DNA of 64,000 nucleotides from Balanoglossus misakiensis (lineage: Eukaryota; Animalia; Hemichordata), in NCBI GenBank assembly GCA_040954595.2, contig CM082594.2, forward strand, positions 2,250,247-2,314,246, given 5' to 3'. The notes beneath the pieces were generated by a model, which saw nothing but the letters and a program-made list of their open reading frames with translations, searched no databases and was not told the origin of the DNA. The translations under genes and the position numbers were made by a program. Positions 1 through 11,900 of the stretch are shown here, in pieces. Every line of letters begins with the position of its first letter. Position 1 is the stretch's first letter.

Positions 1-3000
1 ATCTGGTCAAAATTTCAAAAATCTTCTTCTCCAGAACCGGTGATAACCGAGACACGAGGTTTGGGGTATGTGGTCACCTAACTGATGTCTATCAAGTTTG
101 CGAAGATCATTGTGATTAGTCGAAGATTATGGCGGCCATATTGGATTTACGAAAAACCATAGTTAAACTCCAAAAATCTTCTTCTCCAGAACGGGCGATG
201 ACTGAGTTGCAAGATTCGGGGAGTATGGTCACTACACTGATGTCTATCAAGTTTGCAAAGAGCATTGTGATTGGTCGAAGATTATGGCGGCCATATTGGA
301 TTTTGTAAAAAGCAGTGAAAATTTGAAATTCCTTTTTCTAGTCTAAAATTTGATAGCATACAAATTGTTTTTATGGATATCAATCGTCATGTGACTAAAA
401 TATGTTACAATTTTTTTGTGATTTTTCACATGACCTTTGACCTACTTATCACGCGTTATTATTTCTGCATATCTAATTCCAGGCTAACCTATAGGGCTAG
501 ACGTTTGGTTTTTGATGAATGTGAATTAGTGTGTGATCAAAATATTTTGCTACTTTTCATGACCCCTTTGACCTCAGCTGACCTCATTAATTATGTACAT
601 AGCTAATTACAGGCGAACCAATAGAGCTAGAGGTTTTGTTTTTGTTGGACATGGACCAGTATGGGATCAAATTTTTTTGCCCAAATGTTGGGTGACCTCT
701 GGTGACCTTTGACCTACTTTCTCATATCTCAGCATCCAGAGCAGATACAGCCATTGCATTTGGTAGGATGGGACCAAAATGTAAAGCCAAATTTTTGGGT
801 CACCTGTGACACCTGCTGACCTCATTAAATATGCACATACCTAATTACAGGTGAACCAATAGAGCTAGAGTTTTGGTTTTTATTGGACATGGACCAGTAT
901 GGGTAAAAAAAAAATTGCCCAAATGTTGGGTGACCTCAGGTGACCTTTGACCTACTTCACCCTATTTCAGCAGCAAAAATACCCACATCCTTGTTATGTC
1001 ATGAGATAATACATCCGATAGAAAATTCTGTTTCTTCTAATTCATACTGTGCATATATAATTCAAGATCAGCGCTTGGGCCCGACAATGCTGCTCGCAGC
1101 TTTAATTCTTTCTTTATTCTTGTGTCATTTCTTTGTCGCTCTAGATCTCAGACACCGCTGCAGGTACACTTCTCAAACTTGCTACAGTGGTCAAGGTCAA
1201 TGGGTAGTCGTGCATTGAACTCTTGAATTTTTAATTAGTCACGTGACATGGCGGCCATATTGGATTTTCTGAAAAAATGCAAATCTCAGATCTCAGAAAC
1301 TACAAGTCAGATCGACTTCAAATTTGGTGTGCAGGTAGTCTACCTTTTACCCATCATTTTTGTAATTGGATATTTTGCTGTAAATGTTGCAGTTTTTTTG
1401 CTACAATTTTTTTTCTGAAATCTGGCTTAAATTTCAAAAATCTTCTTCTCCAGAACCGGTGATAACCGAGTGACGCGGTTTGGGGTATGTGGTCACCTAA
1501 CTGATGTCTATCAAGTTTGATAAGAAGCATTGTGATTGGTCGAAGATTATGGCGGCCATATTGGATTTTCGAAAAACCATAGTAAAACTGCAGAAATCTT
1601 CTTCTCCAGAACGGGCGATAACTGAGTCGCAAGATTCAGGGAGTATGGTCACAACACTGATGTCTATCAAGTTTGCAAAGAGCATTGTGATTGGTTGAAG
1701 ATTATGGCGGCCATATTTGATTTTGTAAAAAGCAGTGAAAAATTGAAATTCCTTTTCCTAGTCTAAAAATTGACAGCATACAAATTCTTTTCATGGATAT
1801 CAATCATCATATGACTAAAATATGTTACAAATTTTTGGCGATTTTTCACATGACCTTTGACCTACTTATCATGCGTTATTATTTCTGCATATCTAATTCC
1901 AGGCTAACCTATAGGGCTAGACTTTTGGTTTTTGATGCATGTGGATTAGTGTGTGATCAAAATATTTTGCTACTTTTCATGACCCCTTTGACCTCTGCTG
2001 ACCTCATTAATTATGTACATAGCTAATTACAGGCGAACCAATAGAGCTAGAGGTTTGGTTTTTGTTGGACATGGACCAGTATGGGATCAAAATTTTTTGC
2101 CCAAATGTTGGGCGACCTCTGGTGACCTTTGACCTACTTTCGCATATCTCAGCATCTAGAGCAGATACAGCCATGGCATTTTGTAGGATGGGACCAGAAT
2201 GTAAAGCCACATTTTTGGGTCACCTGTGACACCTGCTGACCTCATTAAATATGCACATACCTGATTACATCCGAACCAAAAGAGCTAGAGTTTTGGTTTT
2301 TGTTGGACATGGACCAGTATGGGTAAAAAAAAATTGCCCAAATGTTGGGTGACCTTATGTGACCTTTGACCTACTTCACCCTATTTCAGCAGCAAAAATA
2401 CACACATCCTTGTTATGTCATGAGATAATACATCCGATAGAAAATTCTGTTTCTTCTCATTCATACTGTGCATATATAATTCAAGATCAGCGCTTGGGCC
2501 CGACAATGCTGCTCGCAGCTTTAATTCTTTCTTTCTTTCTTTATTCTTGGTTCACTTCTTTGTCGCTCTAGATCTCAGACACCACTGCAGGTACAGTTTT
2601 CAAACTTGCTACAGTGGTCAAGGTCAATGAGTAGTCGTGCATTGAACCCTTGAATTTTTAATTAGTCACGTGACCTGGCGGCCATATTGGATTTTCTGAA
2701 AAAATGGAAATCTCAGATCTCAGAAACTACAAGTCAGATCGACTTCAAATTTGGCATGCAGGTAGACTACCTTCTACCGATCATTTTTGTAATTGGATAT
2801 TTTGCTGTAAATGTTGCAGTTTTTTTGCTACAATTTTTTTTCTGAAATCTGGCTTAAATTTCAAAAATCTTCTTCTCCAGAACCGGTGATAACTGAGTGA
2901 CGCGGTTTGGGGTATGTGGTCACCTAACTGATGTCTATCAAGTTTGATAAGAAGCATTGTGATTGGTCGGAGATTATGGCGGCCATATTGGATTTTCGAA

Positions 3001-3953
3001 AAACCATAGTAAAACTCCAAAAATCTTCTTCTCCAGAACGACCGATGACTGAGTCGCAAGATTCGGGGAGTATGGTCACTACACTGATGTCTATCAAGTT
3101 TGCAAAGAGCATTGTGATTGGTCGAAGATTATGGCGGCCATATTGGATTTTGTAAAAAGCAGTGAAAAATTGAAATTCCTTTTTCTAGTCTAAAAATTGA
3201 TAGCATACAAATTCTTTTTATGGATATCAGTCGTCATGTGACTAAAATATGCTACAATTTTTTGGCGATTTTTCACATGACCTTTGACCTACTTATCATG
3301 CGTTATTATTTCTGCATATCTAATTCCAGGCTAACCTATAGGGCTAGAGGTTTGGTTTTTGATGAATGTGGATTAGTGTGTGATCAAAATATTTTTCTAC
3401 TTTTCATGACCCCTTTGACCTCTGCTGACCTCATTAATTATGTGCATAGCTAATTTCAGGCGAACCAATAGAGCTAGAGGTTTGATTTTTGTTGGACATG
3501 GACCAGTATGGGATCAAAATTTTTGCCCAAATTTTGGGTGACCTCTGGTGACCTTTGACCTACTTTCGCATATCTCAGCATCCAGAGCAGATACAGCCAT
3601 GGCATTTGGCAGGATGGGACCAAAATGTAAAGCCACATTTTTTGGTCACCTGTTACACCTGCTGACCTCATTAAATATGCACATACCTAATTACAGGCGA
3701 ACCAATAGAGCTAGAGTTTTGGTTTTTGTTGGACATGGACCAGTATGGGTAAAAAAAAAATTGCCCAAATGTTGGGTGACCTCAGGTGACCTTTGACCTA
3801 CTTCACCCTATTTCAGCAGCAAAAATACATACGTCCTTGTTATGTCATGAGATAGTACACTCGATAGAAAATTCTATTTCTTCTCATTCATACTGTGCAT
3901 ATATAATTCGAGATCAGCGCTTGGGCCCGACAATGCTGCTTGCAGCTTTAATT
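1..3953 (+). mobile_element. Head-to-tail tandem array of a ~1.42-kb non-autonomous Helentron/HINE-like element (partial unit 1-1107, units 1108-2526 and 2527-3953)
   Basis: Near-identical units: atggatat recurs at 373, 1793 and 3220. Each unit ends CTTGGGCCCgacaatGCTGCTyGCAGCtttaatt (subterminal repeat plus short hairpin). Internal ~155-bp and ~240-bp subrepeats are rich in tgacctttgacct. Closely similar 3' ends occur at 15283-15316 and 20321-20355. The superfamily is inferred from end structure only. Confidence 0.75.
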
Positions 3954-5303
3954 GTTTATTTGGGAGTGGTCGTCGTGCATAATGACTGTGTAATTGCTCT
4001 CATGTACACAGAAAATAATTGAACACTTTACACTTCCACGCGATTGACAACTGTTTGAATGGCGTGGTTATTGTTTCCCAGGGACGCTTCTGAAAAGCAC
4101 TGAAACCAGATTTCTCCCAAAATCATCGTTGTTTCAAAAGCTCGTGTACTTTTTCGTCGATAACTTTATGTTGTGTGTGTTTATAAAGCCAACTACTGTC
4201 GTTGTGTGGTGTAATTCTTTATGCTTGGACCTGTTTGGGCCGATTTTCATAGAGCCAAGATCGTTGGTGTTGTCTGTTGTCAGTCAAACGGCATTAAGAT
4301 TCGCCACTGATTTGGGGGGTCTTTTATACCCCGCACCGGGGTTTAAGATTCGCCAATGATTTGGTGGGTCTTTTATACCCCGCACCGGGGTTTAAGATTC
4401 GCCACTGATTTGGGGGGTCTTTTATACCCCGCACCGGGGTTTAACCACAGACAAAGAGAAAAACAGACTAGCAAAGCTATTGTCAAAAGGTGTGAAGTAC
4501 ATCTCCTAATCCCCCTATGCGTGTCTCAGCTCGCCTTCAAGGTGCAGCTTGTCTCCGAAGATTTCCGAACGTGTCCACTTCGGCAATGTCCGGAATTTTC
4601 CCGATAATAAAACGAAAGTGTTTTGGTGAAAGTTCGTGTTGTCGTTTTCAGTCAGCTGTAGACGGAAGGCGAGTGGACAGTGAAAATTGGAGGAAGTTTG
4701 AGCATCAGAGCGATGAGTTTTACCATTTAACAAAAACTTATCAATATATAATAAGTGTGTTTGATCGTAAATTTGAAAAGGTTCAATCATCAATCTCGAT
4801 TTTTTGGAATGGATTCCTGTTCGCTGAATCGTGTTCTGTAAACTTGCATGGGTTGTAGATGCAAATTTTACTTCTAACGTGTAAATCAAGTGTAAATCGT
4901 GGTCGTCCATAAACCCCGGTGCGGGGTATAAAAGACCCCCCAAATCAGTGGCGAATCTTAATGCCGTTTGACTGACAACAGACAACACCAATGATCTTAG
5001 CTCTATGAAAATCGGCCCAAACAGGTCCAAGCATAAAGAATTACACCACACAACGACAGTAGTTGGCTTTATAAACACACACAACATAAAGTTATCGACG
5101 AAAAAGTACACGAGCTTTTGAAACAACGATGATTTTGGGAGAAATCTGGTTTCAGTGCTTTTCAGAAGCGTCCCTGGGAAACAATAACCACGCCATTCAA
5201 ACAGTTGTCAATCGCGTGGAAGTGTAAAGTGTTCAATTATTTTCTGTGTACATGAGAGCAATTACACAGTCATTATGCACGACGACCACTCCCAAATAAA
5301 CAA
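3952..5303. repeat. 394-bp near-perfect inverted repeat (arms 3952-4345 and 4910-5303, 564-bp spacer)
   Basis: ttgtttatttgggagtggtc...ccccgcaccggggttta is the reverse complement of taaaccccggtgcgggg...ccactcccaaataaacaa, with about 2 mismatches seen. This explains the near-identical ORFs 4129(+) and 5126(-). Confidence 0.95.
4294..4444 (+). repeat. Three tandem copies of a 49-bp unit, each junction being TTAA
   Basis: ttaagattcgccactgatttggggggtcttttataccccgcaccggggt starts at 4294, 4343 and 4392, with a closing ttaa at 4441. Confidence 0.95.
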
Positions 5304-5946
5304 CTATACAAACACACGTTAATCCGAACCCCGGTAATTTCCGCACAGGGGGTTAAAGTAGTGTTTCAGTCGAGTCCTGAATGCAAAGCTGTGTCAGGCA
5401 AGGTACTGCAGCTGTCGATAATGACGCAACCGCAAAGTATTCTGGGAAGTCTCCGCGGTGTCTAACCCATTTGACACATTTGAAACCTATTGTTTGCCGT
5501 TGTTTGCCGAGGTGGACAAGACATCAAAGTGACATGCCGCGTTGCTAGTCTGTTTTTTCTCTTTGTCTGTGGGTTAACGGTCATCACCTTGGGACTTCGC
5601 TGAACCTTGGAAGCGTCAAACCACTCCAGATTTCTGGTCCTAAAACTGCACCCTTGTCGGTTCAAATACCAACTAGTCGGTTGTACATGTATTCTGGATT
5701 GTTTTCTTCTGAAGGCTTCATAACATGTGGAGTGGTGTTTTCCCCCCACAAGTGCCACACTCTGTTCGTTGTCAGTATATGGTTTCAGTGGTTCAATGAG
5801 TTTGAAGAACTTCACTGATAAATTACCAGACTCATCATACAGTTCAGAGTCAACTGCATGCTGATTCTGACATCAAACATGTGAAAAAAAACTTCTGGAA
5901 AAATATTTGCACATGACCAATGAAGACATTCAAAATGCAACCTCAC

Positions 5947-8900
5947 CTCCATCAATGAAACATTGGGTCGGTAATCTTGGCAGGAAATAACACAATAGCT
6001 GGGAAAGGTACTCATACAATGAATTAGAACCTGAAAGAGAGTCACAAGTTTTTCAAATCAGTATTATGTGAAGAGTACAAACTTTGTAATCGGTCTATGA
6101 AAAGTTACTTGAAGGAAGAGAGTAATGTTAGAAACCCTGGAAAGACACAAAGTGCAATCACAAGAATAGTCTATCATATTGGTTCTATTTCAGGGATTCA
6201 AATTTCTAAGGAACAGTTGTTTATAGTCACCTGCACTTATGAAATAAAAAGACCTTACCTCCCAATAATTGCAACAAAATGTTTCTCAACGGGTTTCCAT
6301 ATTTTCCATATTTTATAATTTTCTTGTTTTTAAAACAAATTGTTTATCAATGAGATTTTAATACAAATATAGAGCCTGCATAGTTGTGCTAAGAATGTAA
6401 AATTGTCCATAGTATTCTTCTGTGTACCAGTATATACAGACATACCTTCTCAAAACAACTATTCAATATGTGAAGCACACCCACAGAACATCGAGTCAGG
6501 AATACTCTTGTTGTAGTTGTAAATATGACACAACCACCACTAACCAATCTCTGAAAAGAGAATTAGGAAGTTGGAAATGTTGATAAAGAAACCAGTCAAA
6601 GTTAATTCAAGATGCTTGTTATTTTGATTAAATACAGACTGGATGTGCCACATCAGCAAACACTGCGTCGTTATTATGCGAAAGCAGCGTCAGCAGTTGC
6701 CTGGTCACCATACCTAGTGTGTTTTAGATAGACTCACACACAAGGGTCTGGCCACGACTTCAACTATCTTCCATTTTTAAGATCTGCATGTCAATAGAAC
6801 TCAAAATGCAATGTCATTGCAACGAGGTTACCACATGTTTTCAACATCATTCAAGTCAATCACCTTACGCAACACACTACTGATTGGCCAGAGCATTGAC
6901 CCGGGTGTTGCTAATAGTTGGAAAATAATTAGCATTAATTAGCAACATCTGTTCCATGGTAATTTTCTACTTTCAGCTCAGTTTCATGTAGGAACGGCCC
7001 CAGATGTCAGTTCCATGACATGTTTATTGTTCGTGTAAGATCTCTCAATCAATGACAATGGCTCTTAGTTTTTGAGAAGTGGCAAAGGATTGAGAAGTCA
7101 GAGGGGTTGAATTTTCAAAGTTGAAAAAAATTGTAATTTTAATTCACAGTCAAATATGAAGAGTGAAATTTAAAAAATATATCCCCCAGGGGCATTTGAA
7201 TTATAACAGGAATAATTACAGTATAGTGTATATCTGTAGAGTCACTCCACAAAAGGTGGCTGTGTATGAATTGGCATTTGGATTTACTTACCTTAAGTGC
7301 CACTGCAGCAATGTAAACAATGGTATGACTTGCTGTAGCATCGTAGAATTTCTCCACCAAAGGAGTTATGGGATTGGTAACTGTGATCAGGTGAACTGTT
7401 GGAGTATTTTCTCCTTGGCCAAACCTGTATCAAAATACCAAATACTTTCAATGTTTAAAATATTTTAGCATACGTTTCAACAGATCAGTGCCTAGAATTG
7501 CTTAAAGACTGACAATTGTCTTATGCGCATGTGTGTAATTTTGTGTGTACAAACATATGTTCACCTGGTACCTGACTTGGCAATTGTCAAGTCGGGCAAG
7601 ATTACCTGAAATCTGTTTAGTTTTGTTATTATTTTGTTATTTCACACTTCCCTGTGCTTGGTGGCTGACAAACTTTACACAATCATCTGTTTGTTGCATG
7701 AGGGCACTATTTTCTATTTTCTTTCTAATCCTTTTAAATATTTGAATATGATTAATCCCTGGATAACTAAGTGAGGGAGTGAGTTCCTAACATGTAATGG
7801 AGCTTTCCCGTCATGAACTGAATGTACAAGGACATAAGGCATTCATGGGTTTGAAAATCACAGGTTCTAATTCTTGCTTTCGCCGATTCAGTATAAATAC
7901 AAAATTTGTACATACCTGTAGAGACAAGAGAGATCATCCTCACTTGGCTCTTCCATGGCGGTAACAGAGATCATTTTTACATTGTTTTTCACATCTTTGT
8001 GTTCAAATACACTCTTAGTGATAAAGTTTGGTCCAAAAGATGCAACTGATATGGGACATACTTGGCTGTTCTATGTATATGAAAAAAAAAGAAAAAAAAA
8101 ACAACATATCTCTTTGTTACATAAAATATTAGAATGTGACGACAAGAACTAGTGAATGGCAAAGTCTCTGCTGGATCAATAGAACAAACAATTCTGAGGA
8201 CATTTTGCTCCTATTTTGAAAGGAATCAATGAAAGAAGTATAAACATAAACGTGAAGTGTATTCCGGTTGGAGCAGGGCCAGCTTAATTGATGTAGTGGA
8301 AAACAGCGTGCAAAATGTCTGGCAATGAAATCAAAACATCTGCCATTATTGCTACTACTTGCTGTATTATTTGAAAAGGATTTTTGACAGGCGGGCAATC
8401 AAGCAAGCAGACAGGCACACCCACATGGACACACATACAGAGAATGAGAATTACGCTAATTGTACTGTCACAAGACATTTTGTTATTCTATGTCCCTTGT
8501 ATTTTTGCTGTAATTTTGTATGGTGTTTTCAAATATTATTGTACATTTAATGTATTTGAGACTATGAGAACCTTTCAGAAACACCATATATTTTGATAGT
8601 ATAATATATGTTTTAGAAATGCTTTGGAAATGTTTAGGACCATTATAGAAGGTCATTGAACTGTTCAGTTAGAATTTAGCAGAAGCTCATCATGATGTGG
8701 ACGGACATACATCCGTCCATACATGTACATACAGACAGACAATGAGATATACATACAAATGCAAACGATCCCATAATGTCCCATGGTACATATACATATT
8801 ATACCAGATGGGACCTAAAAACTAACCTGGATCACTGCACATATATCTTCTGTGAACACTTTTTGTATAGCTGACAGAGTTGTATCAATGCTAATTGATA

Positions 8901-11900
8901 AATTTTCATCCAATGTGTGCTTATTCTCCGGAAGAAATACCTTTAATGAAAAAAAAAATGTTTTATACAGGGGAAAATTATTTCACCATCCTGACGTCTG
9001 CACCTGTTCAAATGTTTCTTTTTTTATCAACAGTAACATTTCTCACAATTATTCAGTGCATTTTACAGTAAAACATAGCATCAAGAAACATTTCTTCTCA
9101 CACTCCTGGCACGCTGGGAGTGAGGGATCGGAGTGTGAGAACAAATCAATCCCACACTCTCACTGAATCAAAAGCTGTATATGACGTGAACACTGATTGG
9201 TTGACAAAGCGTCTTTTTCCAATGGCGTGATGTGTATCATAGGGACAGAGACTACAACGTGCCAAGACGACAGTTCCAGAGTCATTTATTCAATTTGGCT
9301 AATTTGTGATCGTGTGAGAAATATCATCTCACACACCAAGGACCTGGGAAAGTATTTCTCACACTCGTCGAGGATATTCTGTCCCACACTCGCCTGCGGC
9401 TCGTGTGGGACAAAAAATCCCCAACTCTTGTGTGAAATAAGATCCCAGGTCCTTGGGATTCTATTAGTCCTATTTGGGGATTGCACAGAAGTAATTCTAT
9501 ATCAGAAGTAGCTACCTAGCAGCTAACACAGCTCCACTGCGATACTTTACATTATAAACAAGAAAATTTCTTCAGAATTAAATGGCACACAGAGTCTGAC
9601 AAACTTGTCAGCACAGCTAAAAAGGCAAATTTGTGAAGCCATCAAAATATAGTAATAAAAATTTGTCGCAATTTCAACAAAACAAACTTAGAAAATAAGA
9701 TCACCCAGGAGAGCTTAACACCACAGTTCAAAACAACTAGACACATGCATTTTTAGGGGCCCATGCCTATCAGGCCAGCTACATGTGGAAAACACGCAGC
9801 ATCTACCGGGCGGAAACTTGGTACGGTGATAGGGGCCAAAATGCACTGAATTAATGTTGTTAAGTTAGAAAATTTACCTGAGCTGTATCTATGGCCATAT
9901 TGAAGTCTCCAAGTAACCTTGGAAGGACAAATCTGGAACTGCATATTCGTTGTATAGATTTTCCTGTCACAGCTTGAAACTCTGATATTTCCTCATCCTT
10001 CAGGTCTGTAGACTTCTGCAAAGTACACAGAATGAGAATGCTATCAACAGCAAATACACATCACTCACATTTTCCAATGTCACAAGCGTTAACAGGTATT
10101 TACGGGACCAAGGCCTGCAGCTGTACTGTTATTCTTTTCTTCGCATGTCCGAGTCAATTTTTTGAGATCCCAATACCCACTGCACCTACATTTCTCAAAA
10201 CATGGCAGAATGGTCGGGGCCGATGAGTTGTCATGAAATGTTTAATTACCACGACTAAATTAAACAAATGGCTTCTTATCAAATACTACATTGCAAATCA
10301 ACTTGAAATTTAGTGCATGGCAAACATGCCATCTCTCCTTCAAAATTTGCCGAAAAAATTATGAGCATGAGTCATGTGACCTTGGCTGCCACATTGGAAT
10401 TACATGTATAATAAATCTCATTAAACTTCAAACATCTTCTTGAGATTTGGTGTAAATGGTCACCAAAACTGATGTCTATCAAGCTTGTGTAAGGGCATTG
10501 TGTTTGGTCGCCCCTAATGTCGGCCATATTGGATTTTTCTAAAATGATTGAAAAATGAGAACATGCTTTAACATTTTTGCGTATCATTTTCATTGTCAGC
10601 TAAAATCACAATATGGTCTACCCATGACAAGATGTCAATAATTGTCATAAGCATTAATTATACTGCATATGTCTTTGAGTTCTACTACCCAGTCATTAAT
10701 AAGCAAAGAAAAAGAAGGGTAAAAGGCTATTACCTTGTCTGTACCTTGGATAGTGGGAAACCAATCTCTTTTATTTAAAACTTATAAAAGATATTGGTTA
10801 ACTTATAAAAGACACAGCTTATAAATTATAAGCTATGTCTGTAGATTTCTCGTGTAGTTTTGTACATTTTTATCTAGTCCGCTTGACCAATGAAAACTTT
10901 TCTTACAGAATAAAATGTTTTTTGAAAATTAATATTCAATTGTTCATTGCAATTATAACGGTTTGTTGTCACCAAAACACCGAACACCTTTGAAAGCCGT
11001 GTGGCATGGTCCTATCTTTTTTCCAACTGACTCCTCTTCTTTACTTGTTCAATGAATTCAGATGTTTTTCGAGGACTTGGAGCAAAATACATCATTTTTC
11101 TTGATGGTAGTTGGGGGCAATTTTTCCTGATAGTCTTAGCTAGGTGGCAGTTTTTAGAATGCTTGTCTGACAGGAGAACAGTTCAAAATATGTCGACCTG
11201 TAATTCCTTGTTGTATGTATCACTCACTATCAGGGCCAAACTGACACACACCATATGACAACACATTGGTGATTCACAACACAAATTACACACAAGGTGT
11301 GTTATAATATAGAAATAATGGACGACGCCCTGACCATAAACAAACATGGGCAAGGGCGAGGGGAAAGCCAAAAAATTCATGGACGAGGCTTCCGAGCCCA
11401 TGAATTTTGAATTTTGGCTTTCCTTGAGCCCGAGCCCATAAACAAAGTAACGTTAATGGTCAGGGCGGAGTTGGTTATTTCCATTGTATTACAAACCAAC
11501 CCAAGAAAACCGTCAAAATTTACGAAAATGTCCCACGCAAAAGACTAGGGGCCCCGGAACTTGTGTTACGTAAAATGTTGTATTCACTGAACTGTTTGTT
11601 AAAATTACTATTCAGATTTACGGGCATGTAAACAAACCATTACTGAGTATTTGTGGTCAGTGACGTCGTTCATCTCGACCAAATAAAATGCGACGCACAG
11701 GCCATGGTAATATAATATCTCTTGGTGTACCAGTATCATGATATACAATGTACATGTACTGGCTTATCCAGGTAATCTGTTGACAGTTAAACCAGTACGC
11801 ATAGGAAGGGACATTGTTCATGTTAATACTAAGGTCTCAACATTTCCAGCCATACAAACTGACAAAGATCTAAGGAAAGGGACTCAAAGTTTGAAATAAA

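Noticed and set aside
373-4022. Recurrent 60-90 aa ORFs such as MDINRH..., MTFDLL... and MRLSY...
   Set aside because: By-products of the tandem non-coding repeat; no domain, splice structure or length conservation.
4294-4444. Short hairpin-containing repeats resembling a CRISPR array
   Set aside because: The units abut with no unique spacers, there are no cas genes, and the context is a eukaryotic intron.
4129-5126. Two ORFs with near-identical N-termini on opposite strands (MFQKLVY...)
   Set aside because: They result from the 394-bp inverted repeat, use non-ATG starts and show no recognisable motif.
5357-5815. ORF 5462-5815 and a nearby Staf-like motif as the final CMTR2 exon, a Penelope element or an snRNA promoter
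   Set aside because: No resemblance to the expected CMTR2 C-terminus, no convincing GIY-YIG or hammerhead core, and no RNA gene recognised.
11010-11197. Exon-like minus-strand segment with a good acceptor and one in-frame TGA (possible selenocysteine or extra CMTR2 exon)
   Set aside because: The flanking CMTR2 exons join in phase without it, it has no homology I recognise, and no SECIS evidence is visible.
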